The position numbers and the translations under genes are program-made. The notes below the pieces were generated by a model, which worked only from the letters and a program-made list of their open reading frames with translations, ran no database searches and was not told the DNA's origin. A stretch of DNA of 64,000 nt from Octopus bimaculoides (lineage: Eukaryota), in the NCBI RefSeq assembly GCF_001194135.2, contig NC_068990.1:10491716-10555715 (forward strand). Reading direction: 5' to 3'. Of the stretch, positions 38,466 through 51,470 are shown piece after piece; the stretch's first letter is position 1; every line of letters begins with the position of its first letter.

Positions 38466-38723
38466 NNNNNNNNNNNNNNNNNNNNNNNNNNNNNNNNNNN
38501 NNNNNNNNNNNNNNNNNNNNNNNNNNNNNNNNNNNNNNNNNNNNNNNNNNNNNNNNNNNNNNNNNNNNNNNNNNNNNNNNNNNNNNNNNNNNNNNNNNNN
38601 NNNNNNNNNNNNNNNNNNNNNNNNNNNNNNNNNNNNNNNNNNNNNNNNNNNNNNNNNNNNNNNNNNNNNNNNNNNNNNNNNNNNNNNNNNNNNNNNNNNN
38701 NNNNNNNNNNNNNNNNNNNNNNN

Positions 38724-38760
<37 letters not shown>

Positions 38761-38761
<1 letters not shown>

Positions 38762-39994
38762 GAGGTTGTACCAAAAGCTTCTTGGACGAGTTTTGTTTAA
38801 AAAAATAACTTATTCACCTAAGTTTTAACATCTACTTCGAAATATATACACCGGTCCCAACTATACACCGGTCTCAGCGTTCCTGCTACTTTTGGAATCC
38901 GCTTTAAAAGTCATTTTCCTTCAGTGATTCTCTCCCAGCATCTCGACAACAGTGTTAAAACGGCGACCTTAGAGCTACATGTTCATCTTGGGGAAGACAT
39001 GGAAGTCCACAAGTACTATATCTGGCGAATAGGGTGACTTTGGAAGCCGTAACTTGTTGTTTTTGGCGAGAAACCCACGAGTGAGGAGGGCACGGTGGCA
39101 GGGTGCATTGTCACACGCCACAGATTGAATCGCTTTCGCCGAATGTTCTCCCACCTATACTTCAAAACGTCGTAGCAAAACTCTCGAATGCCGGCCCTAT
39201 GTGAGGAGTCCTCCATGCACAATACAGCGGATGTAAACAGAAATGATGAGCATACTCTTGATTGAGCTGCAGCGCTGTCGTGCCTCCTTCAGTCCTGGAG
39301 AGGGTGGGTTCCTCCATTATGAGGACTACTGTTTTGTCTACGTGTCGTATCCGTTGACCCAACTCTCGTTACCGGAGTTGATCCTCGACATGAAGGATGG
39401 TCCTGAGCGGCACGCTGATGGAAATCTTGACAGACCTCCACGCGGTGTTCTTTATTCCTAGTGGTTAAAAGGCAATGGTAAAGAATGGCAGACATTGGGA
39501 TTATCTGCAAGAACCAATAAGACAGACCAACAATATTGGCAGTGTCGTTGATTGTCGTCCAACGATCCCCATACACAAGCTGTTGAATTTCCCCCACATT
39601 TCCAGGGGTGACGCTTGTGGCAGATCTTCCAGGTGACTCATCATTTTGCAGCTACTTTCTTCTGCTTTTGAATTGCCTGTGCCACTGAAAACATTGTGCA
39701 CGACCCATTCTCTCGTCACGGAAACTTTGCCGAAATATTATATATTATCTCTGTATCAGACTTACCAAGTTTAACGAAAGATTTCACATTGGATCTGTAT
39801 TCCAAGTTCCTGCCCGGGAAAAAGCTCGCACACGAGGGTATACACGGGATCAGTTCGAAACGTAGACACAGCGATGTCACTCACAACACTGTCACATGAT
39901 GAACACTGCTAGTTCTCACTGTGCACACACTCATCTGCTGTCATCAGTTGACCCTCTACACAACTTGTCCAGAAACGTTTTTGATACTACCACG
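38761..39994 (-). mobile_element. Full-length degenerate mariner transposon (~1.23 kb)
   Basis: Imperfect TIRs cgaggttgtaccaaaagcttcttggacgagtt / aacttgtccagaaacgtttttgatactaccacg, TA-flanked on the left. Minus-strand transposase remnants: SRINSGNESWVNGYDT*TKQ (GDESW) and IRRKRFNLWR..HPIRQI. Confidence 0.85.
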
Positions 39995-39997
39995 AAC

Positions 39998-40048
<51 letters not shown>

Positions 40049-40550
40049 CATATATATATAAATATATACATACATACAGAATACAGACACGCATACATAC
40101 ACACAGTTATATATATATGTAGATATACATAAACGTGTGAGTATCTGTTTTTATGTATTAGAATTGCTATGTTTGTAGTTAGATAAGTATATATATACAC
40201 ACACACACTGCGATATATTTATAAATAAAACGATATTATCGTATACAAGCATATATAGCTAATAAAGCATATATACTTAACCCTACAGTTACATCAAACT
40301 ACAAACATGCGCTCTGTTAGGCACATGTAAACCCATGCATACGTTATAAAACGATTCCAAATATATAACTTAAAATATACAAATATATAGCACGACACAT
40401 GTATGGATATATACAACTATTCTCTAAATCATACTTTCTATGAAGCCCACGCGCAAACATAAACAAATATTTGTAATTCTAAATATGTATATATGCACAC
40501 ATACAGGGACACGCAGGCACACACATATACATAGATGAATATATATATAG

Positions 40551-40878
40551 GCGCAGGAGTGGCTGTGTGATAAGTAGCTTGCTTACCAACCACATGGTTC
40601 CGGGTTCAGTCCCACTGCGTGGCACTTTGGGCAAGTGTCTTCTACTATAGCCTCGGGCCGACCAAAGCCTTGTGAGTGGAGTTGGTAGACGGAAACTGAA
40701 AGAAGCCCGTCGTATATATGTATATATATATATGTATGTGTGTTTGTGTGTCTGTGTTTGTCCCCCCACCATCGCATGACAACCGATGCTGGTGTGTTTA
40801 CGTCCCCGTAACTTAGCGGTTCGGCAAAAAGAGACCGATAGAATAAGTACTAGGCTTACAAAGAATAAGTCCTGGGGT
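40551..40878 (+). mobile_element. tRNA-derived SINE, family B, with internal microsatellite
   Basis: gcaggagtggctgtgtgataagtagcttgcttaccaaccacatggttccgggttcagtcccactgcgtggcactttgggcaagtgtcttctactatagcctcgggccgacc...; an inverted copy lies at 63045-63385. Confidence 0.9.
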
Positions 40879-41750
40879 NNNNNNNNNNNNNNNNNNNNNN
40901 NNNNNNNNNNNNNNNNNNNNNNNNNNNNNNNNNNNNNNNNNNNNNNNNNNNNNNNNNNNNNNNNNNNNNNNNNNNNNNNNNNNNNNNNNNNNNNNNNNNN
41001 NNNNNNNNNNNNNNNNNNNNNNNNNNNNNNNNNNNNNNNNNNNNNNNNNNNNNNNNNNNNNNNNNNNNNNNNNNNNNNNNNNNNNNNNNNNNNTATATAT
41101 ATTGCTTTGCGTCTCTCTCTCTTAATCCATTCATTCACTCGGTCTCTAATTCTTGTGCGACGATCATTGCTATGGTTACGTTTCTCGATTCTCTGAAATC
41201 AACTGCAACATCAACGACTACGCTATATAAGCAAATTATGCGATAGTAACAGCCGCCTAATCAACAACGATGACGACCACAAATAGTGTCAATGGCGACA
41301 TTAAACACAAGAATAATAGTCATGTTATTTACAATTCTGCCGTGGACATTAATTCGCTCTTAATTTGCTTCGGGTTGTTTTTGTTTGTACGCCACAGCGA
41401 TACAAACTTTATACTAGATAATGAAGTGAGAAGGTAAATATAAATAAGATGATGATGACGACGACGACGATGTTGATGATGACGATGATGGTGATAATAG
41501 AGATGATGATAATTACGATGATAAGAATAATAATAGATGTTTTAGAGTTTTACTACGAGTAAAAGCCTGTAGCAAAAATAACCAGAGTTGTTATAGTCAC
41601 CTCCATAGGTAATAATGTGGAAATTATATTTAGAACTGCTTGAGTGACAGTAGAAAATAGGGAACCAAAACTTCACTAATCTATACTATAAAAGGAAAAC
41701 GAACAAGGTTATCGCGCTGGCAAAATAGGGATTTGCATGGTAAATTTTAT

Positions 41751-42040
41751 ACGGTGCCGTGTTTTACAATCTTGTAAATAACAATAATGGTATTTTTATA
41801 TAAGCTTAAAGATTATGGTGATCACTGCAAAGACTAAGAAAAATAGATGACATATAAGATGACGTATAAACCCTCGGATGTCACGCGGATACAAGAAAGA
41901 AGCCTTTTTTTCTGTCGTGGGCTGATATGCTCCTTTATTAGGCTATTTTCCTAAGTCATTGCACGCTGATAGCAATAATATTTAAGCTTATATAAAAATA
42001 CCATTATTATTATTTATAGGATTGTGAAACACGGCGCCGT
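41751..42040. mobile_element. ~290 bp MITE with ~65 bp TIRs
   Basis: acggtgccgtgttttacaatcttgtaaataacaataatggtatttttatataagcttaaa (41751-41810) is mirrored by tttaagcttatataaaaataccattattattatttataggattgtgaaacacggcgccgt (41981-42040). Confidence 0.8.
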
Positions 42041-42642
42041 TTCAAAAGACCATTCGCAACGAAAGCATATAGTTCTTAAATTTACGTATCATAATAGGCA
42101 TTACGAATTTACATCTTTTTACGTTGAAAGTACTTTTCTGAAGATAAGCTTTTCTTATTCTTATGTCTCAACGCTACTGCTATCTAGCATCTTCGGATGA
42201 TCTCTACTCAACCGCTACACAACTGCTACTCGACTGCTACTCAACCGCTACTCAACACTTTCTTTGTTCGGCACTACGGTCACAACACAGAGGGGGACGA
42301 TACTAGGAGAGACACAACACTAAAGGTGGTGTTGAAACATGGCTGCAGTCAAATGACTGAAACATATAGAAAAGAAATTAGAGAAAATGCATTTTCATTT
42401 ATATGCATGCAAATGTACATCCACACAGATTCAAAAATTTATATAGATAAAATCATTGTGTGTCAAATCATTAAGTAATCGTGCTGACAAGGAAAATTAT
42501 ACATGATCATACAACCAATAAAAAGTGTTGACAAATATGTTCCCACTGTCATATTCTATGCTGATATCCTATCAGAGTTTCTCTTCAACACAGGCAGAGA
42601 CACACAGAGATGCACACACACACAGACACACACAGACATACA

Positions 42643-42715
<73 letters not shown>

Positions 42716-43989
42716 GTATCTACTTCCTGTGAAAATAAAATAATTAAAATCCTGTATTGCTGACAGTTGAAATGAATACTGCTCCACATTATTTCTACCT
42801 CCCTATTGTGCATGTTTCTCCCACAGAAAGAAATCAAATTATTCTATTCAACATTGTACATGGTTTTCTCAGGAAACACATAACAGATATGAGTTTCTAT
42901 ATATATTTCTTTCAAACAATGCTTGTTGTCAGTATCTTAATAATTTAGTAATTTAGTAAATTTGGGGCAAAAAGAAATGACTCATTGGGGATTATCCGTT
43001 CATTGGAATGAGGTAGCAAATATTTAGCATGGACGCTGTCAAAACACTGAAAGAAATAAAATACTAAAAGAATAAAGTATATGTTGTTCCCACTATTTGC
43101 TGAAGACGTCTACCCAAAATTTAGAGGGCTTTGTTAATGCTATTGAAAGTACTCCAATGGCATTTCAGTTCTCCCACACTGACAGAAATGAAATAAAAGA
43201 AAATATTTGTAGATTGAAGGAGTGTCACCTCAAGTCTTGTCTGTGACCACAAAAAAGGATTAATGTTAGCATTTCTAAATTAGATACATCCATAACAGAG
43301 ACCGGAATCACTATCGTACTCAGAGTGAGAAAAGGTGATAAAAATAAAAGAAAACAAGAATAAATGATTTTCGATAGATAGGCTATACCAGCACTTACGC
43401 TGTGCGTCCCTCTAACTGATCCAATCCAATTTAATACATAGATGTACACTGTCAAATGGGAGTATAGGAAATATATATGTTTGTTTATACATGGATGTGT
43501 GTGAATATGGCATGCATGGATTTGTGCACAATAAGGTTTGTTTTCAGTTACTAATCTAATAGAATTTATTCGTGAGGAACTGTTTTGTTACGTAGACGTG
43601 TCAATATGAGTAATGGATAGGTTCACGTCTTCGAGCGTAATATTCTATAGGAAATGTCCAATACACTATGCATTAAATGTATCAATATATTCGGTTCATT
43701 AAGAAGCAGAAACCGTTTCTGCTAGTGTATAGGATGTCAATGCAATGAAATTAGTGTATGAATATTAACGGAAATAGAAATATATGCTACGCTATGATAT
43801 GATATATATATATATATATATATATATGTATNNNNNNNNNNNNNNNNNNNNNNNNNNNNNNNNNNNNNNNNNNNNNNNNNNNNNNNNNNNNNNNNNNNNN
43901 NNNNNNNNNNNNNNNNNNNNNNNNNNNNNNNNNNNNNNNNNNNNNNNNNNNNNNNNNNNNNNNNNNNNNNNNNNNNNNNNNNNNNNNNN

Positions 43990-44022
<33 letters not shown>

Positions 44023-44051
44023 CATACATATATGCACGTCATATATATACG

Positions 44052-44827
44052 TGGACTGTTGTCATTGTAACAACTCTAAAGTACGCAGAGTAAAGCCACT
44101 CGGTACAGATTGACCTTGAAATCTGCTGCGCATGTGCACTGAGGTTTTGGGTTCTAGCTCACTTCCACTTTTTATAGCAGTGCTTGAAACCTGTGATCGT
44201 TGCATTGAACATGACAAAGTTGAGCAGATATTCAGCATTAAATTTTGCTAACATCTTGGCGATAACTGCTCAGGAGCCTACTCAAAGTTTTCTAAATTTT
44301 TCATCGTTCTGTACACAACCTAGATCCTGTGCAACTGAACCCGACTGTTTTTGAGGTCATCTGAAAGAAGTTTCTGCAGACACTTGCCGAGCACGCTTCT
44401 GAAATAACCAGTGATAACTGAACCGTAATTAATCTGTACAGCTGCACCACCATGTCCGATTTTTTTCAAGTTCTGCTGCTTGCAGGTCTGCCAGAGCGTT
44501 CGTTAATATCGGCATTTTTTCGGCCACATTTGAAACATTCTCACACTTGTTTGCGGATCTTGCACACTTTTCTATACACTTTCTGCAACTTTGCCTGAGA
44601 TTCTGAGCAGATATAGCCATGACAAGTTTCTCTATCATGGTGAAGGCGACGATCACACACTACATATTTTCCTTCCAGACACTGCTGTAAAGATTGCGCT
44701 AGAACAATGAAACTTAGTTCGCATGCACAGCGGATTCAAATATCAATCTTTGCAGAGCAGCTTTAGTCTGCTGCTTGCATTAACTTCGTTACTATGGGAA
44801 CAGTCCAGATACTTATTCATCAGACCT
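44052..44827. mobile_element. Two mariner 5' halves in inverted orientation
   Basis: Plus arm (44052-~44305) encodes MT.VEQIFSIKFC*HLGDNCSGAYSKF. Minus arm (44827-~44310) starts with the TIR aggtctgatgaataagtatctggactg and encodes AKLQKVY..NERSGRPASSRT..QKLLSDDLKNSRV. The 5' leaders are homologous (tggactgtt..gcaga.taaagc..tgtgatcgt.gc). Confidence 0.7.
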
Positions 44828-45499
44828 TATATATACATATGTATATATATGCGTATAGATATAGATAGATAGATGGATAGATCGGTAGATAAAAGAGAAA
44901 TAGACTGTTATATATGTATGTGTGTGCGTGTGTGTGTGTGTGTGTGTATGTGTGCGTGTGTGTGTGTGTGTATGCATACGTGTTTTGTTGTGTGTATGTA
45001 GCTACCTAGCTATGCATTTGATGATTATGAATATTTAGTGTATGTTAGAATAGCTGTAGCGCTGATAAACTATCAATATTGTGTTTCTCCTACTGCCGAT
45101 CAGTAGTGGAAGAAACGAAATTAATCTAAGTAAGAAGTGAAAATGCATGACAGATGTTTCCCATTACTAAAGTGCCTCTTGCTTAGCAGAATTTCTCCTC
45201 TTGATCACTTGGTGATTGAGACATAAATTGAACTCTGAGCAATCAAAACACAGGATGCACTTTTTATCCAGTAAAGCGTTAGCCAAAATTATATATTTTC
45301 CCTTGTCCACCGGGCATAATTATCTGATAAGAAACATAGTGTGTCTTTGTGTGTGCATATGCAAGTATATACAAGCATGCATACCTATTTGTGTGTGTGT
45401 GTGCGCGCATGTGTGTGTGTGTGTGTGCGTGCGTGCGTGTGTGTTTGGGTGTGCGTTGTGTGCGTCTGTGCGATTGTGTGATACCAACAACGATTATTC

Positions 45500-46745
45500 G
45501 TCTGCTCTAGTTGTTTCCAGAGTGTATTCTCTCGGTGATATTGCTATCATTGTTGTTAGTTTAGTAGGTATGGAATCTATTGTTTACCCATATCTTCTAA
45601 TGTTACTCAAACTTGTTGTTTAATTTCATATTTCTACCTTGTTTAGTGTTTTAGAGACGTTGGTGCTTTGCGTTCTTACTCGTTGTTTGATTTTAGCTCA
45701 TAATTTAGATCCCTCTTTCGCTTGAATCATTTTATCAGTACAAATATTGTACTTACTTGCATTCCATTGAGGAGTATACTCCGTCTCAAATGTCCACCAT
45801 TATGAATAGCTATGTGTGGTAGATAAGGTTTGGAATGGTTTCGAACATTTAATGATTCATTTCAATTAAGAGCGATACCCTCAACGCTGTCCAAGAAACC
45901 TGGCGCAATTTCCGTAACTGTTTGTTATATTAGTCACTCACGTCTTGGATAAGATGGCCGCTGCCAGACATAAACAGTCCTAACTGATAGTCTTATTTCG
46001 CTTCAATTTCGTGCAAAGGTTTGTGTGTTCGCAATCCTCGTTTATCACTGCTGTTATTCAATGTTTTCAAACATCAAATTCTAAATATTGTTTAACGTCC
46101 TATGTTGCGACTGAAGAAGTTATGATTTTCCCAGACGTGATGACAACATCCATTCATTTTTGTTTGGATCATCATTTCTGTCTATTAATTATTTCTAGGT
46201 GTGCACCAGTGTTTTGGCTTTCTCAAGAAATATGTATGAGGCTGTTAGTATAACATTTGTCTTTTCAAATCTCTTTGCAAATCTTCAGCGGTTCTATGGT
46301 TCGTTTATTTAATATTGAACAGGAAGTGAATACGTCGATTTTGACTTCAATGTTTTTTTCTATAGAAAAACACCGAGATGTTATGATGGCGTGGTGTGTT
46401 TGTTGTTGCTGTTGTTGTTGTTGTTGGTGGGGGGGTAGTGGTGGTGGTGTGGTGGCCGACATCATTGTGTACCACTTTGCGATTCAGAGTTTCTTCACTA
46501 ATGATCTCTTTGAGCAGTTTAATTTGCAAGAGAACATCGTCAAAATGACTTTCCATCGCGACACAGGTATCTTCTAAAATATTATCAAACAAGTGATCAG
46601 GTGGCAAAATCCCCTGAGATGAAAACAGGAGAGCAAATCTGGAAATAGCAAGAGGTGGTAGAGCATTGAAAAAAACCTGTGGGAGCGGGACCGTTGTAAA
46701 GAAATTGAAGTAATCTTCCATGATTTTCTGCAATATTCAGTAAAA
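45500..46745 (-). mobile_element. Degenerate Penelope-like retroelement, RT region, split by a (TTG)/(GTG) microsatellite
   Basis: Minus translation NFFTTVPL (SLFTNVPL-like), LFDNI..VAMESH (GVAMGS-like), IHFLFNIK (IPFLD-like), NTGAHL (TNTG.YL-like). Confidence 0.55.
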
Positions 46746-46919
46746 AAGGAATATGATAGAGCTGGATTTACGGGTACAATACAGAAATTCGATCAGTGAA
46801 AATGCAGAGAGTAATACGAATAATTAACTTCCCCAAACACAATCTTACAGTAGTCTCGCTCCTTCAGTAAACGCAAGCACAGGCACATACATACACTCAT
46901 CTCTCTCACTTAAGTATCT

Positions 46920-47074
46920 TCTGATTTACAAGTAACGTATGCAGTTCTGTTTTTAAGAGATGAGAAATTATGTACATTATTTACGTTGCGCGAATATCTG
47001 TCCTCATCTTGTTTCTCGTTAACACAACGTTTCCGCTGATATACCTTCCAGCTCTCATCAGGTGTCTTGCGGAA

Positions 47075-47075
<1 letters not shown>
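46920..47075 (-). mobile_element. PLE-type terminal repeat with degenerate hammerhead core
   Basis: acaacgtttccgctgatataccttccagctctcatcaggtgtc signature, lying next to the 5' side of the 45500-46745 PLE; related fragment at 12860. Confidence 0.55.
47021..47066 (-). ncRNA. Degenerate hammerhead-like motif
   Basis: GACAC-CTGATGA-GA-GCTG-(GAAGGTATAT)-CAGC-G-GAAA-CG-T-T-GTGTT; the base of stem II is mismatched. Confidence 0.35.

Positions 47076-47077
<2 letters not shown>

Positions 47078-47152
<75 letters not shown>
47078..47152. repeat. (TTA)n microsatellite
   Basis: Perfect run; source of the poly-I/Y/N ORFs. Confidence 0.95.
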
Positions 47153-47157
47153 ATAAT

Positions 47158-47352
47158 AAGGCAGGCGAGTTGGCAGAAACATTAGTGTGCCGAAAAAAAT
47201 GCTTTGCTGCATTTCGTCTGTCTCTACGTTCTAAGTTCAAATTCCTCCGAGGTTGACATCGCCTTCATCCTTGCGTACCAGGGCTGATCTAATCGACTGC
47301 CCCACCCTCCAAAAAATTTAGGAATTGTGCCTATAGTAGAAAGGATCATTAT
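47158..47352 (+). mobile_element. tRNA-derived SINE, family A (second tail type, partly deleted)
   Basis: aaggcaggcgagttggcagaaacattag...ttcaaattcctccgagg...ccctccaaaaaatttaggaattgtgcctatagtagaaagg. Confidence 0.8.
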
Positions 47353-47399
47353 TACTAGCAATATCGATATTGGTATTGTTATAGATATTTCTTTTTATT

Positions 47400-47847
47400 A
47401 CAGGTTTTGCTGGAACTGCTGGAGTCTGGCATGCGTTGCGAGCTTGCTACCTGCATCCTACGGTGCCATGGTATTCTTTCCTTTCAACTATTTAATACTT
47501 ACCTGATGAATCTAGCCGTTCAATGAGGCAAACCTTTTCTAACAGTTCTTCTTGGCACTTTATTCCAACTTCCTTTATATTTTTTTTTATGACTTCTATA
47601 CCCAGGGACACAGCATTAAATGGCACTCTCTTCACCTTCTTTATTTTCCAACGCTGGGCTATTTGGTACTGAAGAAGATTGTATTTATCTATTTTTACAC
47701 CTTCATTCTTGACTCTTCGTGTGTCAAAGGGAACGGACACGTAACCTCATCTGTAGAGCACATGTGGTGCATCTTGTCGACTACCAGTTAAACCTGCTTG
47801 CTATGCTCTAGCACCTGATCTGTTTGTATTGGGAAGTCCCAATTTTT
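47400..47847 (-). mobile_element. 3' fragment of a Dong/R4-like non-LTR retrotransposon (REL endonuclease)
   Basis: Minus translation with frameshifts: WDFPIQTDQVLEHSK.D.LVVDK..C..DEVTCPFDTR...KIDKY.LL...W.IKKV..VP..LG..LLEK. This is a PD-(D/E)xK-type REL motif set; the 5' end abuts (TAA)n. Confidence 0.8.
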
Positions 47848-47866
47848 ATTATTGTTATTATTATTA

Positions 47867-47944
<78 letters not shown>

Positions 47945-48069
47945 CATTGTTATTATATGAAAACCCACAGCTTATTTTACTGGGTATGATGGAAAGCGTC
48001 AGCTGTCCACAGCCAACAGACAAATGTCTACTGGTCATGCTTCAGGAATCCTGCTTCATATTGTTATTA

Positions 48070-48110
<41 letters not shown>

Positions 48111-49586
48111 GGTGTCGATTTTGTTGTTATTACTATCATCATCATTTTTATTTGATTGATCTGGCATATTTTTCTTAATATTACAGATATTTATTATTGT
48201 TTTCTATAACCTTGTTTCGCTAATGATATTCATTCAAAATATGACGATGCTATCTAATAATTTCTGATGAACTATATTCAATAGCAGGATCATCGTTATT
48301 AAAGTAAATCTGTATTATTAACAATGAATGACAAGCAACATTTTGGATTTCTGATTTCCTGTTTTCTTCGTTCCTTTTCATTTTTCTTAATGTTAATAAT
48401 TTAGGATTTTTAATAAAATTCATTGTGCCATTTCGCACAAATGATTTTACGTAAATGTTCTATTGATTTGTTCATTGTTGATTCTTCTATTCAAATATGT
48501 AGCTGATTTTTTAAATTATTTTTTTATGTTTCTAAATAACTTTTAATTATGCTTCTTGTTCATATTTTTTGCGTGTTATATCCATCGTTTCTTCTGGTAT
48601 TTTTTTTTGTTTTCCTTCGATATTTATTACGCCATCACCACACATTATAAATTAGGATTTGTGTAATTTTCTTTTTTCAAGATAATAAAACGTCAAATGT
48701 TTCCTATGTTATAGTTTATAGGTTTTTTTAATGTCCTTTCTGTATGTTTATTAATTTGCTGCGTTATTGTTTATTGTTTTAAATGTATAGCTCTCTTATC
48801 GTCACTGTTGAACCATTTTCAAAACCACCCACCTCTATCATTACACAACATCGACTACCATCCAACACGACTATAATTATTATCAAGGCTGCTGTAATAA
48901 TCATTAACATACAATTTATTCAGCCAACAACATCACATCCATTACCACTAAAACTACATTAATTAGTAGGACTACAACTAACATCAGCCATCATTGATAG
49001 AACGTCAACGTGGTCACTCAGTTTGCCACTTAAAACAGCTTGATCAAATCATGCGTTGCCACTTGTAAATCATCTCCCAAAAAGCCTCCGGCTGAGATGC
49101 CTTAATTCTAGGTTTAGTCAGTCTGTACTAACGTAAAACCAAGCAAAAATTACAAGAAGATCTAAAAATAACTCTACGCAGACATAAAGGTCTTATCTAC
49201 CTCGTGTCGAAGTCAATGTACTCCTATAAACTCTGCAAAGATCACATTGTCAACAAGCAAAATGCAGTTATATCTTTCATGAGGCTCAAACCATGCTGAG
49301 CAGCAACCGTTTAACATTACAATTATTAAAAATTCTTTCTGAACACAGAGCAGAGATTCTCTAGGTAGTCACGCATCGTTGTAAATATTGCACACAAAAC
49401 TTCCTTCCGTTATATAGCAATTTTCAAAACAATGATTGTTTTTTGGATAAGGTATGCAGGTTATATTCCGGCAAAACATAATCATGGTTACATGGTTTAT
49501 ATGTTCCATTAAATCTAATCTGGGTAGAATGGATCACAGCAACTTCAAACATAGAAAGAAAAAGATATGAATTTTCGAAACCGTAC

Positions 49587-49641
49587 TTTGAGTGTATACT
49601 CAATACTAGGAATAAAATAGAGCGGGATAACCTCGTAGCCA
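49587..49641 (-). CDS. Candidate exon (GYEVIPLYFIPSIEYTLK), unknown protein
   Basis: Very strong tttttttctttcag| acceptor; AAA|gtacgg donor; phase 2 to 0. Confidence 0.25.
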
Positions 49642-50907
49642 CTGAAAGAAAAAAATTACAGAATTAACGAGACTTGTGCTATCAACTGGGATTTATTTTA
49701 TGAACTCATGAATGATGAATTGCGATGGTGACCTCAGCGAGTAACGGACTAAATACCGCTGGGAAATTAGCAAAGGAGTTCTAATAATTTTGTCAATCTC
49801 AATCACTTATCATGACCATATATTTCTAGAGCTGTCTGCGACCACAAGGGAGCTTCTATGCAGTCACTGGAACAGCTAGAAATCATATGAAGTTTTTTCA
49901 AGCAAATCATTTTATATCTAAATAGGTGAAGTGTATTTTATGCAGCATAATCCTTGATATATTTCTCTCTGCAAAAAAAAAAAAAAAGAAAGAAAATATT
50001 GCTACACAAGGAATGATTCTACTTTTGGCGGATTAATGTTGATTCTGGATTAAATTACATTAATAAAAGCAAACGTAACAACCATTATTAACGCTTTATA
50101 ACAAGTATTAATCTTGTCTCAATTACTATGCGCTTTAAACTAACATTAATTATTCATATTGCAAACAAGGGAAGCATATTTTCAACAGGCACCAACGTCA
50201 AACACTACGGAAACGAAAAAAAATAGACGTAAAAAACAAAAAAAAAAAACAGAACAAAATATTTTCTTCAGATAGAATACTATAATTTAGAAAATTGAGT
50301 GTAGGAGGGTGTAAATAGCATAATGCAGTTTGATTCTGAAAATGAGACGGGATTGCGATGATTTGGCTATAAAACTCTTTAATTTCATCAGCATAGTAAA
50401 AACAATGAATTGCATTATCTTTTACGAAGCTGCTGTAATTATCCTATCATTACATACTATTTACACACCGCAGTACTAACATATTATCATTATCATAGTT
50501 ATTGTCATTTTGTTTCTATCTTACTATCAACACCATTATGTACATCATCATTCTCAAAATAGCTGAATTTGATAATGAAGATATAGCTCTTTAATATAAG
50601 CAAACGTGTAAGATACTATGAGGTTAGAGGTTTTGCTAGACATACTAGCAAAATCACTTTCCAATCAAGACTCTACTCATGAGAAAAGAGAATGATGTAT
50701 TTTGTAAAGTAGTCGCAGATGAATTATGCTAAACAGAAAATATTTTGATGTTTAAGGTGGCTTTCATTGTATTTGTTTTCCGAATAATTATTATATTGGT
50801 CATATTCTGTTCACATTCAAAATAAAACTTTATCAAAATAGTCGATTATTTTGTATCTTTTTTTTTTTGTGCGAAAGTTTCGTTATTAACAGGAGAGATT
50901 ATTTTAA

Positions 50908-50908
50908 G

Positions 50909-50939
<31 letters not shown>

Positions 50940-51014
50940 GTACTACTACTGCTGCTGCTACTTCCACTACTACTACTACTACTACTGCTGCTACTGATGT
51001 TGCTGCTGCTGCTA

Positions 51015-51074
<60 letters not shown>
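50908..51074. repeat. (TAC)n/(TGC)n compound trinucleotide repeat
   Basis: Direct runs; source of the poly-T/poly-V ORFs. Confidence 0.95.
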
Positions 51075-51075
<1 letters not shown>

Positions 51076-51189
51076 AAAGAGAGGAGAGAGAGAGAGAGAC
51101 GAGGTGGAGAGAGCGGTTAAGCTCAGTGTGTTAGAGCTATCTGTCACTCGGGAGTCAGTATGCCTTGGTTGAATGTATCCTGCGTTTAA

Positions 51190-51470
51190 TAAATGTTTTA
51201 CGTTCGTACGTAGTCGTGGTTTTGATATTTTATCGTCCCCTTTCCACTTGGGCCTTTGCAAGAACTAGAATTCGGCATATGAAAGCAAAGAAAGCATCAG
51301 CATTGGAGCCGTACACATTAGAGCGGATTGTACTGGAGGAAAAAAAAATACACATGGCTCCCACCGCTTGAAGAAATGAACCAATGATCATATATTTTGG
51401 GACCGAGTATCCCGACAACTAGCCATCACATCATGACACATGGAGACAATGTTGAAAGCAAGCAAATAAA
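51190..51470 (+). mobile_element. Possible RTE-like LINE endonuclease fragment
   Basis: KKYTWLPP..NQ*SYIL resembles the APE C-terminal motif YTW.SP...NQIDYIL; highly decayed. Confidence 0.35.

Noticed and set aside
46257-46733. 128-aa and 106-aa ORFs as host genes
   Set aside because: The minus ORF carries decayed Penelope RT motifs and runs into a microsatellite; the plus ORF is its antisense.
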